Part shown: positions 1 to 8,591 of the stretch, in pieces | Layout of the letters: each line of letters opens with the position of its first letter | How positions within the stretch are numbered: position 1 is the stretch's first letter | Origin: Nostoc sp. PCC 7120 = FACHB-418 | GTDB lineage: Bacteria > Cyanobacteriota > Cyanobacteriia > Cyanobacteriales > Nostocaceae | Assembly (NCBI RefSeq): GCF_000009705.1 | Contig: NC_003272.1 | Coordinates: 1,590,001-1,622,000 of the forward strand | Reading direction: 5' to 3' | Length of the DNA stretch: 32,000 bases | Program-made: the position numbers and the translations under genes | Notes under the pieces: generated by a model | Told to the model about the DNA's origin: nothing | Seen by the model: the letters and a program-made list of their open reading frames with translations, nothing else | The model's database searches: none

Positions 1-77
1 GCAGTTTCTCGATATAGCTTGAGAATTTCTTGTTTGTCAGAGTTTGTTAGTTTTCTCACGGTAGATACCAATCTTTT

Positions 78-935
78 CTATGCTCGTTTTCTTCCGCGCT
101 CCCGCCGAGTCCGGCTTAATGATGCGTCATATTCTAGGGCAGCGCCCATACCAAATAACACTCCACTAAACACCCAAAACACTTCTAGTATTTCTCCACT
201 TTGATAATTGGGACCTTGAGCGTATTTAAACCACATATCTGCAATGTAGAGCGAAAAGGCGGCCGCCGCAATCATTCTCCAGGATTGAGAAACACGTCCT
301 CCCCAAAAAGCTAGTAATAAGGTGGTGGCGATGATTAATAGCAATACGTCGCTGACTATGTAAAACCAATTCAAAATCGTGACTATTGTTTCTTGAGAGC
401 CTGTTGCTTGCTGGATAGAAATCCACCATGCCAATAAACTCCCGAATACTCCAATTGCCAAGACAATGAGCCATTGCCATTTTTCCAGATTAATTCGCCT
501 GGTAGCTACTGCTAAAATCATGCCTACGCCTAGAGATATATAACTTAATACAAAAAACACGTCACCAATAGAGGCATCCGGTTCTTCTTTTAAAACTATT
601 TCTGTATAGCCAAAAAATATCCCCCCCAGGAAATAAGAAATCATACCTATGGCGATCGCTAGCCACACATTACGACTGCTCACAATTTGTGGACTCCGCC
701 AATTCCGCAAGCACAATATTCCGGCATTTAGGTAAGCTAAGGCTTCAAAAATATTTGTCCCTAGTACATACCACTCTGCTCGGCTTTCGACACCATCTGC
801 CCCTGGGACTTTGGCACTGAATAACAAAAAGTATAACAGTGCCAGTACACCCCAACCAATGCTAGCTAAAACGATGTTCTGGGTGGTGAACAAGGATTTA
901 ACAGTTTGAGGTGAATTCTTGTAAGAACTATTCAT
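78..935 (-). CDS. hypothetical polytopic membrane protein (285 aa)
   Basis: ATG-initiated ORF. The translation has about 8 hydrophobic helices (e.g. IVLASIGWGVLALLYFLLF, WLAIAIGMISYFLGGIFFGY, LLLIIATTLLLAFWGG) and a basic C-terminal tail. No catalytic motif recognised. Confidence 0.6.
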   Translation of the reverse strand: MNSSYKNSPQTVKSLFTTQNIVLASIGWGVLALLYFLLFSAKVPGADGVESRAEWYVLGTNIFEALAYLNAGILCLRNWRSPQIVSSRNVWLAIAIGMISYFLGGIFFGYTEIVLKEEPDASIGDVFFVLSYISLGVGMILAVATRRINLEKWQWLIVLAIGVFGSLLAWWISIQQATGSQETIVTILNWFYIVSDVLLLIIATTLLLAFWGGRVSQSWRMIAAAAFSLYIADMWFKYAQGPNYQSGEILEVFWVFSGVLFGMGAALEYDASLSRTRRERGRKRA

Positions 936-988
936 AGGGTTTGACTAAATGTACTCTGGCAAGATTTTGTTGTGCAAGAACTTGTAGA

Positions 989-1026
989 GGGGATTAGGGA
1001 CTGGGGATTAGGGACTGGGGATTAGG
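989..1026. repeat. STRR-type tandem repeat (GGGGATT/AGGGACT heptamers, about 5.4 units)
   Basis: Read directly as ggggattagggact ggggattagggact ggggattagg, in the spacer between two minus-strand genes. Confidence 0.85.
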
Positions 1027-1125
1027 AAGTAATTATTCTTGACTTCTACCTCAGGACTCAGTACCCAGCACTTTTTCGTTTTTCTCGCAACTGCCAATAG
1101 TTACTTTTTTTCTACAAGTTTTATG

Positions 1126-1785
1126 CTATTGCCACAGTTTACTCAGTGAAGATTGATTTAGCCAAGATATAAATAGCGATCGCTCACCTTCTGGCATATC
1201 TTGTAACTTATCGGCTATTTGTCCAGCAAAGTTGGCGTTGCCAAAATACTGTTTTCCTAGTTTATGTAGTTCTTGCAAGAAGCTAGTCACATGATTTTCC
1301 TTCCAGGCAGGGAGTTTAGCGGATTCCAAAGGATTAGTTTTCACCCAATGCTTGACTGCTTCAATAGAAGAAGTTTCTGGAAACTGCTGTTGTCGCATGA
1401 CTTCAGCGATATCTTTTTCAAATAGTGCAGCTTGCTTTGTACCTAAAAAATCTTCAATATCCATGTGGACGGCTTGTAACAGCAAAATACTCGCTTGGAC
1501 AAACACCCCATTTTTATTATGACCACCAGTATCATTACCTAGTTGGTCTAAGCGTACCTTACCCCAAACGCTAAAGCGATCCGGTTCTTCCAGCAAGACA
1601 CAAGCTTTACCCCGGTGATCGGTTAATTCTCTCCACAAGGCTCTAGCCTCTTCCTCTTGTCCAGCTTTGAACACGCTAATCAAGCGAAAAGTCTGCCCCT
1701 GATAATGGAGGATCGGCACTTGCTGATCCTTTTTTGGGTGCTGAATGCTTGATATTTCAACATCCTGCCGTTTCAAAATAAACAT
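1126..1785 (-). CDS. conserved hypothetical protein (219 aa)
   Basis: ATG-initiated ORF with balanced, protein-like composition and no competing ORF. No motif I can name. Confidence 0.6.
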   Translation of the reverse strand: MFILKRQDVEISSIQHPKKDQQVPILHYQGQTFRLISVFKAGQEEEARALWRELTDHRGKACVLLEEPDRFSVWGKVRLDQLGNDTGGHNKNGVFVQASILLLQAVHMDIEDFLGTKQAALFEKDIAEVMRQQQFPETSSIEAVKHWVKTNPLESAKLPAWKENHVTSFLQELHKLGKQYFGNANFAGQIADKLQDMPEGERSLFISWLNQSSLSKLWQ

Positions 1786-2082
1786 GGCACTAGCAAATAA
1801 CTCCTCACAGGGGCTTTGTAGATAAGCGATTTATAGTCTGATTTAGCAGTATCGCCAAGAGTGCGATTACTTACGTAATGTGAGTGGAATTGGACTAGTG
1901 TTTGTAAAAGAGTTTACCTTAGACTAACTGAACTAGTCAGCTTCCCACTCAACACGCAAATAACTGCCCATTGACCAAACAATATAGCTAATCAATAGCC
2001 AGTTTGCCGCATTTTTAATCTAAATCAACTAACTGGCGACTAGCATCTTAGCCTTGCGATCGGTAAATCTGCAATTTTTTGT

Positions 2083-2111
2083 TTGCTTCTTATGAAAGAA
2101 AACGATATAAT
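2083..2111 (+). promoter_or_regulatory. candidate sigma70-type promoter for the tRNA (TTGCTT-17 nt-TATAAT)
   Basis: TTGCTT at 2083-2088 and TATAAT at 2106-2111 with an exact 17-nt spacer. The -10 box ends 38 nt before the mature tRNA 5' end. Sequence match only. Confidence 0.35.
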
Positions 2112-2149
2112 TACCTGGATGACTCCTATGGGAGCCTGAGTATTAACTT

Positions 2150-2222
2150 GGGCGCGTAGCTCAGTGGATAGAGCCACGGATTTCTAATCCGTTGGTCGCA
2201 GGTTCGAACCCTGCCGCGCTCG
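2150..2222 (+). tRNA. trnR: tRNA-Arg (anticodon UCU), 73 nt, CCA not encoded
   Basis: Cloverleaf folded by hand. Acceptor stem GGGCGCG/CGCGCTC has one G-U pair. D arm is GCTC-AGTGGATA-GAGC. Anticodon arm is ACGGA-TT TCT AA-TCCGT. T arm is GCAGG-TTCGAAC-CCTGC. Discriminator base is G. Confidence 0.9.
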
Positions 2223-2300
2223 TTTTAGCTAAAAATTAACCCTCCCCAAATCACTGTATGATATATTACTCAATATGCTGGGATGTTGGGTGTTTTATAG

Positions 2301-2952
2301 ATGCATCAAACAAAAGATAAGGGTGATTTGGCAGCAGCTAAAGTGATAGCCGATTTAGTTGAGAAAGAATACTCAGTTTTTGTACCAGTGGTAACTGAAC
2401 ACGCACCCTTCGATGTTAATTGCCTACAAAGACGGCAAGTGTTACAGAATTCAAGCCAAATATACCAGCACACGCATTCTCAAAAATAAAACTAATTGGG
2501 CGGATAAGAATGGTTGTCATGAGAGAAAGTACAACTCTGATGACTTTGACTTCTACGGGGTTTATTTGCCAGATATAAATCAAGTAGTCTATCCATCCAT
2601 CAAGTTTGGTGGATGTGGAATTAGGACAAAACCGCCTAAATCTCCTAATCCCTTTTACTGGTGGGAAGATTTCACAGACTTTACAGAAGAAGCGCCTAAG
2701 CGAACCTATAAGGAGTTTGGCGTTGATTTGACAACTAGGAAGGTGAATTTGGAAGCCAGAGTTCTTACGAGAAAAGTTGTCAGGCCGTCTAAGGAAGAAT
2801 TAGAAAAGTTGGTGTGGGAAAAGCCAACAGCGCAAATCGGTAAAGATTTTGGTGTGTCTGATAAATCTGTGGAAAAGTGGTGTAAGGCTTATGGGATAGA
2901 CAAGCCGCCCAGAGGGTATTGGGCGAAGCAGGGGAGGGCTGTTGACTGCTGA
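2301..2952 (+). pseudogene. frameshifted PD-(D/E)XK endonuclease (I-Ssp6803I / PDDEXK_5-like) with a C-terminal HTH-like tail
   Basis: ORF 2301-2489 encodes MHQTKDKGDLAAAKVIADLVEKEYSVFVPVVTEHAPFD. ORF 2413-2952 continues in another frame with LIAYKDGKCYRIQAKY. Deleting one base within 2412-2415 joins them as PFD-LIAYKDGK...IQAK, which gives the D...QxK nuclease core. The C-terminus GVSDKSVEKWCKAYGIDKPPRGYWAK looks like a DNA-binding tail. Confidence 0.6.
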
Positions 2953-2972
2953 CTGTTAACAGTTAACAGCCC
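2936..2972. terminator. hairpin between convergent genes (possible bidirectional terminator)
   Basis: GGGCTGTT at 2936-2943 pairs with AACAGCCC at 2965-2972. The loop contains the 12-nt palindrome ACTGTTAACAGT. The hairpin overlaps the TGA at 2950-2952, and T-rich sequence follows. Confidence 0.3.
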
Positions 2973-3026
2973 TTATTAGTATTTATGCAATTTAGACGCG
3001 CATTAGCTTAGTCTACCTTTTTGTGA

Positions 3027-4907
3027 TTAATTTAATGGCTCTACAATGGTTCTTAAGCCACTGCTATTGAGAACTCTTAGCATTTCATCGGCATTACTGC
3101 GATCGCTAAAAACTCCTACTTGAATCACCCTACGACCTTGCCAGAAGGTGGAAAATGCCCCAGGAGCCAAAAATTTCACTAATTCTTGCTCTCTGTCATT
3201 TGTGGCTTCTACTACCACGCGATAGCGTACAGAGTTGCCACTGGTGGCTGATAAATAATTGCCACTAATACCTGTTGTATTAATTTGGGGTGCTGATATC
3301 TTTGGCAAGTTGCGGGTGTTACCCAAGGGAATATCACCAGCAGGTACAGGCAAAATACTAGTATTACTAACTCTTGATTGGGGGGATACATTCAAGGGTG
3401 GTGCTTGAGTATTGACAATTGGCTCTGGTTGTTCGGGTTGGGGTGCGACAAACTCAATGGTGTTGGGGTCAATCTGCACATAATTTAACTGTGCTGTCTG
3501 TGTCCTCTTTGTTGCTACAGGGGTGAGATTAGTTGTAGAAGTGACGGAAATATTCCCTGGTATATTTTGGTTTGTGACTTGTTCAGGAATCGGGGCTGGT
3601 GGTTGTTGATTATATCTAGGTACAGTCAAGGGCGCATCAGCTGATACTAGTGCTGGTAATTGGCTGTTACCTTGGCCACGAACCACAGACTTATTTGGTT
3701 TATTAGTAGCATTAGATACATTAGGAGCAGTAAATATAACTTCCCTTTCATTAGGGATGCTTGGCAGTGTACGGCTCGATATGGGAGTAGGTGGGGCATT
3801 ATTAGCCACGGGCGCATCTTGGGCGTTAAGAGCTACCTTACCCGTAATCCGTTTGGTGTCAAGAATATTACCAACGGCGGCGATCGCCTGTTTAGCTGCA
3901 CTAGCATTAATGTCATGACGGGCATTGTTACGAAATTCATTACCACCTGCTTCAGTAGCATTACCTAAATCTGGCATGGCTTGAGCGATCGCTACTACGC
4001 CATCTTCTTTACTACCTTGAATTAAATTATTTCGTAAAATCGGGCGAGCATTAGCTTGAACAATAATCCCTGAGCGATTGTTTTGAATTTGATTACTCAC
4101 CAACATTGGCACAGCATTTTGGGCAACGTTGATCCCAAAACCAGTTTCCTCAAACAAATTTTCTCGCACCTGGGCGGGGGAATTACCACCAATAGTGATA
4201 CCGTTGGCTCCGTTACGGTAAAAATAGTTTTTGGTGATTGTGGTAGCACTGTTACCAGTCACAGAAATACCGTCTTGGGTATTGCCTGTAAAAGTATTTT
4301 CACTAATGACTGGATTACTCGATTCAATCCACAAACCATAACCACGGGGATTGGGATTTGTAATTGTCACCCCAGTTAAGCCTGCTTGATTAGCACCAAC
4401 GATGGCGACATTTTGCCCTCCAAAACTGCGACTGAGAAACAGTCCTCCGCCTTGAATCTTAACTTCCTGCCCTTTGTTACTGGTGTTTCCCTGAATCGAA
4501 ACTCCAGGTTTGAGCATTAAAGGGAACGTCTCCCCTGTTTCCACACTGTAATTACCCGGTGTCAGTTGAATTACTGTACCAGGTCTAGCAAGTTTCAATG
4601 CTTGGGTAATCGTCCTCAACGGTGTACTTTCATTACCATTACCTGCTGTGTCATCACCGGCACTTGGGTTGACAAGCAGTACATTAACCTGAGACATTGT
4701 TCTTTCACTGAGGGGCATCTGCTCTGCTACAGGCGGCATCTGAGCAATAACACTGCCAGGGGTAGTACCCAGCACGGTTATGCTGCATACTGCCAGAGTA
4801 GATAGTATAGACAGACTAGAAACCGCACACCTTGCTAATTCCAGGGAAGTTTGCTTAAGTTGCAAGGTGTCTAACCGATGATATCTAAACACAATGGGGG
4901 AAATCAA
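3027..4907 (-). CDS. secreted right-handed parallel beta-helix repeat protein (DUF1565/PbH1-like) with a Pro/Asn/Gln-rich linker and a C-terminal SPOR-like module
   Basis: Hydrophobic signal-like N-terminus. Repeated segments of about 22 aa (ITNPNPRGYGLWIESSNPVISENTFTGNTQDGISVTGNSATTITKNYFYRNGANGITIGGNS...). The C-terminus is RYRVVVEATNDREQELVKFL...VIQVGVFSDRSNADEML. The start is uncertain: TTG at 4907, or an alternative TTG at 4865 that gives MQLKQTS plus a signal peptide. Confidence 0.75.
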   Translation of the reverse strand: MISPIVFRYHRLDTLQLKQTSLELARCAVSSLSILSTLAVCSITVLGTTPGSVIAQMPPVAEQMPLSERTMSQVNVLLVNPSAGDDTAGNGNESTPLRTITQALKLARPGTVIQLTPGNYSVETGETFPLMLKPGVSIQGNTSNKGQEVKIQGGGLFLSRSFGGQNVAIVGANQAGLTGVTITNPNPRGYGLWIESSNPVISENTFTGNTQDGISVTGNSATTITKNYFYRNGANGITIGGNSPAQVRENLFEETGFGINVAQNAVPMLVSNQIQNNRSGIIVQANARPILRNNLIQGSKEDGVVAIAQAMPDLGNATEAGGNEFRNNARHDINASAAKQAIAAVGNILDTKRITGKVALNAQDAPVANNAPPTPISSRTLPSIPNEREVIFTAPNVSNATNKPNKSVVRGQGNSQLPALVSADAPLTVPRYNQQPPAPIPEQVTNQNIPGNISVTSTTNLTPVATKRTQTAQLNYVQIDPNTIEFVAPQPEQPEPIVNTQAPPLNVSPQSRVSNTSILPVPAGDIPLGNTRNLPKISAPQINTTGISGNYLSATSGNSVRYRVVVEATNDREQELVKFLAPGAFSTFWQGRRVIQVGVFSDRSNADEMLRVLNSSGLRTIVEPLN

Positions 4908-5024
4908 TTCACACCACTCCTTAGAAGTAATAATAAAGTTTCATACTCGCAATATTCAGTATGTCGATAATGTTATCCGCTATATTGACCTATTGGCTAT
5001 TTTGAATACAAAGTAATTAATAAA

Positions 5025-5157
5025 GGGATTAGGGACTGGGGACTGGGGACTAGGGACTGGGGACTAGGGACAAATTACATTTTCTTTCATTACCTAATCC
5101 CCGATACCTAATCCCCGATACCCAATCCCCGATACCCAATACCCAATCCCCAATACC
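5025..5157. repeat. two opposed STRR heptamer arrays (G-rich 5025-5070, C-rich 5093-5157) separated by a 22-nt spacer
   Basis: Array 1 reads gggatta gggactg gggactg gggacta gggactg gggacta. Array 2 reads cctaatc cccgata cctaatc cccgata cccaatc cccgata cccaata cccaatc cccaata. Array 2 abuts the ATG at 5159. Confidence 0.9.
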
Positions 5158-5158
5158 T

Positions 5159-6298
5159 ATGCAAATCCATGATGCGAGAAACATTGCAAATATGAAAGAG
5201 GCTGGCTATTACGATGAAAGCATCACTAATGGGGTAGTTGTAATGGTGGAACCATACAGCCAACAAAAGCAAATCCAGCAGGTTGTTTACCGTATATTAG
5301 ATGCTAATTTAGACCGCGCTCGTGAAGGGTTGCGAATTATTGAAGAATGGTGTCGCTTTGGGTTGAATAGCGGCCAGTTGGCAGGGGAATGTAAGTACTT
5401 GCGCCAAGAGGTGGCTGTTTGGCACACAGAAGAATTGCGCGCAGCCAGAGATACAGCAGGTGATCCCGGCACTGATTTGAGCCATCCACAGGAGGAACAA
5501 CGCTCTAGTATTAAGGCGTTGTTACAAGCTAACTTTTGCCGTGTGGAGGAAGCTTTGCGGGTGTTGGAGGAATACGGTAAGCTTTATCACCCGAAAATGG
5601 GACAGGCTTGTAAGCAGATGCGATATCGAGTTTACAGCCTGGAAACTAATTTGATGGGTCATCAGCGCCATCAACTGCTACGGCGATCGCGTTTATATCT
5701 TGTCACTTCCCCATCGGAAAGTTTGTTACCAACGGTGGAAGCTGCTCTCAAAGGTGGCTTGACATTGTTACAATATCGTGACAAAGACACTGATGATTTT
5801 GTGCGTTTGGAACTGGCGACCAAACTCCGCCAACTCTGTCACAGCTACGGTGCTTTATTTATTATCAATGACAGGGTGGATTTGGCTCTGGCTGTGGATG
5901 CTGATGGTGTGCATCTAGGTCAACAAGATATGCCTATCGCTACTGCTAGACAATTACTAGGCCCCCAACGTCTCATCGGTCGTTCTACTACCAACGCTGA
6001 TGAAATGCAAAAGGCGATCGCTGAAGGTGCAGACTATATAGGTGTGGGGCCAGTATACGAAACTCCCACCAAAATAGGTAAGGCGGCAGCTGGTTTAGGA
6101 TATGTGAGTTATGCGGCTCAACATAGTTCAGTTCCCTGGTTTGCTATTGGGGGCATTGATGCCAATAATATCAATGATGTGATTGATGCGGGAGCAGAAA
6201 GAGTGGCGGTAGTGCGATCGCTCATGCAGGCGGAACAACCTACCCTAGTCACACAATATTTGATTTCTCAACTCAATCGCATCAAGCCAGAAAGTTAA
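5159..6298 (+). CDS. thiE: thiamine-phosphate synthase with the long N-terminal extension typical of cyanobacterial ThiE
   Basis: The C-terminal half carries ThiE motifs: LYLVTSP, LQYRDKD, INDRVDLALAVDADGVHLGQQDMP, ADYIGVGPVYETPTK, FAIGGI. The start is uncertain: 5159 has no spacer after the repeat array, and ATG 5243 (MVEPYSQQ) is an alternative. Confidence 0.85.
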   Translation: MQIHDARNIANMKEAGYYDESITNGVVVMVEPYSQQKQIQQVVYRILDANLDRAREGLRIIEEWCRFGLNSGQLAGECKYLRQEVAVWHTEELRAARDTAGDPGTDLSHPQEEQRSSIKALLQANFCRVEEALRVLEEYGKLYHPKMGQACKQMRYRVYSLETNLMGHQRHQLLRRSRLYLVTSPSESLLPTVEAALKGGLTLLQYRDKDTDDFVRLELATKLRQLCHSYGALFIINDRVDLALAVDADGVHLGQQDMPIATARQLLGPQRLIGRSTTNADEMQKAIAEGADYIGVGPVYETPTKIGKAAAGLGYVSYAAQHSSVPWFAIGGIDANNINDVIDAGAERVAVVRSLMQAEQPTLVTQYLISQLNRIKPES

Positions 6299-6323
6299 TC
6301 AACTGACAATTTAAAGTTTATCA

Positions 6324-6363
6324 AGACATCTGGCAGCCAATTGGTAAAAGATGTCTAATTTTT
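6324..6363 (+). terminator. hairpin plus T-run between thiE and thiS (terminator/attenuator-like)
   Basis: AGACATCT at 6324-6331 pairs perfectly with AGATGTCT at 6349-6356 across a 17-nt loop, followed by AATTTTTG. Confidence 0.4.
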
Positions 6364-6397
6364 GTGTATCTTAATTACGACTTACGAAATTATTCTC

Positions 6398-6610
6398 ATG
6401 TCTGATCCAATTACCTTACAAGTAAATGGGGAAACCCACAATTGCTCATCTCCAACTCCCTTACCTGACTTACTCCAACAACTAGGTTTTAATCCCCGAT
6501 TAGTGGCGGTAGAGTATAACGGGGAGATTTTACATCGCCAGTTCTGGGAACAGACTCAAGTACAATCAGGCGATCGCCTAGAGGTAGTTACAATTGTTGG
6601 TGGTGGCTAA
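6398..6610 (+). CDS. thiS: sulfur-carrier protein ThiS (70 aa)
   Basis: MSDPITLQVNGE...VAVEYNGEILHRQFWEQTQVQSGDRLEVVTIVGGG has the ubiquitin-like ThiS pattern and ends in GG. The internal ATG at 6398 is preferred over the start of the longer ORF at 6362. Confidence 0.85.
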   Translation: MSDPITLQVNGETHNCSSPTPLPDLLQQLGFNPRLVAVEYNGEILHRQFWEQTQVQSGDRLEVVTIVGGG

Positions 6611-6625
6611 TTGTGAATGTAGCTC

Positions 6626-7858
6626 CTAGCTTCTAACCTCTTGCCCAAGGTATAACGAACGATGTAAGGTTTTGCGCTTGGCTAATTCTTTACCCTGATG
6701 ACCAAGTTGTTCACGCAATTGCTGATTTTGACACAATTGTTTAAATGCTTGAAAAACTTCGCAACCAGACTTGGGATTTACCAGCAAGCCATTTTCTTCA
6801 TGGCGTACCGTATCAATTAAAGACGGGTGACGGGAAGCAATTACGGGTTTACCAAAATAGCTAGCTTCTAAGTAGACAATACCATATCCTTCTAATCGGC
6901 TAGCTGGAGTATTTGACAAAGTAAGCATAGCAAATATGTCACAAGCTGCGTAATAACCTGCTAATTCCCGATTATCTACATACCCAGCAAAGTGTACCCG
7001 CTTATCTACACGCAACCTCTGTGCTAATGATTTTAGTTCAGACTCACCAGCACCTTGACCACAGATGATGTAATGAACATCTATACCAATTGTTAAAAGT
7101 AGTGGTAGGTTTTCGATCACACGGTCAAAGCCTTTTTGTTTGACCAAACGCCCTACGGAAAGAATGACTATAGCATTTTGGGGAATATTATAAGCTTGAC
7201 GCAGGCGATCGCCTAATTTATCTAATTCATCTAAACTCTGACTATTGCTTCCCAGTCCAAATTTTTCTGGTCTGACTACTGGATGGATAACGTGGGTAGG
7301 GGTTTGTAACCGGAAGGTATTTCTTAGATAGTCTTGGGTTAAGGAATTGTTACACACAATGCCTTCAGCTCGTGTCAGTGTTAACTTAAAAAGCGATCGC
7401 CATACAGGATTACCTACAGCAGCAGCAAGGTCATTACCGTGTAAGTAAATAAAGAAGCGTATGGGTAAGATATAGCTTAATAATAAGAGCGAGGGGAAGT
7501 CATAGCCATGTCCCCATTCAATATAGCGGTAGTGATAGCGAAAATAAAGTTTAATCGCTAGAAAAAATGATGCGACCAAATTAAACAAAGGCTGTAAACA
7601 ACTTCCTAAAAAACCACCAAGCCAGTATTTAGGGTTTGGCCAGCGATATACAGGAAATTTTTGTGCTTGGTCAAACACCTTATCACCTCTACAACTAGCT
7701 GCTAGAACAATTACTTGTTCTGTATCTTGAAGACAGCGATTATAGAGATATTCCCCAATTACAGCTTCTTTAGGCAAGAAAAAACGCGATATTACTAAGA
7801 TATTTGGGGATGCAGTCGTGTCTCTGATTTTTGTAGCCAGTTGCGAGATATGTTCCAT
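6626..7858 (-). CDS. glycosyltransferase, GT4 (group 1) family
   Basis: The C-terminal domain has the GT-B/GT4 signature GYGIVYLEASYFGKPVIASRHPSLIDTVRHEENGLLV (E-x7-E region) and LSVGRLVKQKGFD. Confidence 0.8.
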   Translation of the reverse strand: MEHISQLATKIRDTTASPNILVISRFFLPKEAVIGEYLYNRCLQDTEQVIVLAASCRGDKVFDQAQKFPVYRWPNPKYWLGGFLGSCLQPLFNLVASFFLAIKLYFRYHYRYIEWGHGYDFPSLLLLSYILPIRFFIYLHGNDLAAAVGNPVWRSLFKLTLTRAEGIVCNNSLTQDYLRNTFRLQTPTHVIHPVVRPEKFGLGSNSQSLDELDKLGDRLRQAYNIPQNAIVILSVGRLVKQKGFDRVIENLPLLLTIGIDVHYIICGQGAGESELKSLAQRLRVDKRVHFAGYVDNRELAGYYAACDIFAMLTLSNTPASRLEGYGIVYLEASYFGKPVIASRHPSLIDTVRHEENGLLVNPKSGCEVFQAFKQLCQNQQLREQLGHQGKELAKRKTLHRSLYLGQEVRS

Positions 7859-8564
7859 GTTAAGTTGAATGAAGTTAATTCAAATAAGTTGTATTAGTTC
7901 AAACTGCAACTAAAGCAAAATAATGAGTGTGAGCTTGCTTGTTGTGATCAAAGCTAGGAGTTACTACATTTGTACCTACATGGACTAGTACTTACTTGCA
8001 AACGAAAACCTATTGTTTTTATTAATACATACCTTTATAGGAATCAGCCGTACTACCAGTATATTTACTGAAATAAATACTGGTCTTGTATCTAATCTTC
8101 TCCTTTTTTTTCTATTTAGCCAACGGTTAGGCTGGAAAATCTCAGTATTTACAGATTTTTTTAATAAATTTTTACAAACTGTAATTAACTCAATCCCAGA
8201 TAAAAAGCGTGTATTTTTGTTTTATTCCATACTTTCTATCCTCAATGAAAAGGATTTAGGAGCTAGGGTATAACTCTATTTTAAAAGAGAGAACATGGAT
8301 ATTTATTTATTAATTTGATGAAGTGTTTATTAATTAAATATTTTATTTGTTGTATTCATTTTTTATAAAAAAACTGTCAGCAAAAAACATTTATAGAAAA
8401 AATCTAATAATCATATTTGTATGACTAAATGAAAAAATGACACAAAAACTACTAAAATTATCCCCTATTCAAATAATATCTTGAGAACATGACAACATCA
8501 TGCCAAAATGCCTCATATTCTGAAGATTGAGCGATCATGTTGTTTCCAAAAACACATTGTGGGC

Positions 8565-8591
8565 ATTGGTAATTGGTAATTGGTAATTGGT
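8565..8591. repeat. STRR-type tandem repeat ATTGGTA x about 3.9
   Basis: Read directly as attggta attggta attggta attggt. Confidence 0.85.

Noticed and set aside
2301-2952. Treating ORFs 2301-2489 and 2413-2952 as two independent genes.
   Set aside because: They overlap in different frames. Together they reconstruct one continuous PD-(D/E)XK nuclease core (PFD | LIAYKDGK...IQAK). The second ORF alone would lack the N-terminal catalytic residues. A single frameshifted gene explains the data better.
2223-3026. A genomic island integrated at the tRNA-Arg 3' end.
   Set aside because: No integrase is present. I could find no direct repeat of the tRNA 3' end (…CCCTGCCGCGCTCG) downstream. Only one gene separates the tRNA from ordinary chromosomal genes.
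3660-4805. Plus-strand ORFs 3660-3968, 4083-4379 and 4566-4805. The same reasoning covers similar shadow ORFs: 19-204, 226-480, 5287-5500, 9092-9274, 9582-9911, 12073-12267, 12786-13172, 13503-13754, 15436-15687, 16387-16584, 17217-17610, 18200-18870, 21029-21634, 22080-22313, 23239-23773, 24823-25053, 26485-27423, 27903-28553, 28807-29064 and 29847-30032.
   Set aside because: All lie antisense to, or out of frame within, much longer ORFs that carry clear family motifs. Their translations are Cys/Arg/Ser-rich or otherwise non-protein-like.
5025-5157. The heptamer arrays here (and at 989, 8565, 11190, 17717 and 31533) as a CRISPR array.
   Set aside because: The period is 7 nt with no unique spacers, and there are no cas genes. 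These are classic STRR micro-repeats of heterocystous cyanobacteria.
4908-5158. A TPP riboswitch upstream of thiE, and another before thiS at 6299-6397.
   Set aside because: I looked for the conserved THI-box core (CUGAGA ... ACCUGAUCUGGAUAAUGCCAGCG-like) and did not see it. The region consists of STRR arrays and AT-rich spacer.
8013-8273. The 86-aa ORF in the long AT-rich spacer.
   Set aside because: It starts at TTG. Its Phe/Leu/Ile/Ser-dominated composition is what AT-rich DNA yields by chance. It has no ribosome-binding site and no motif.
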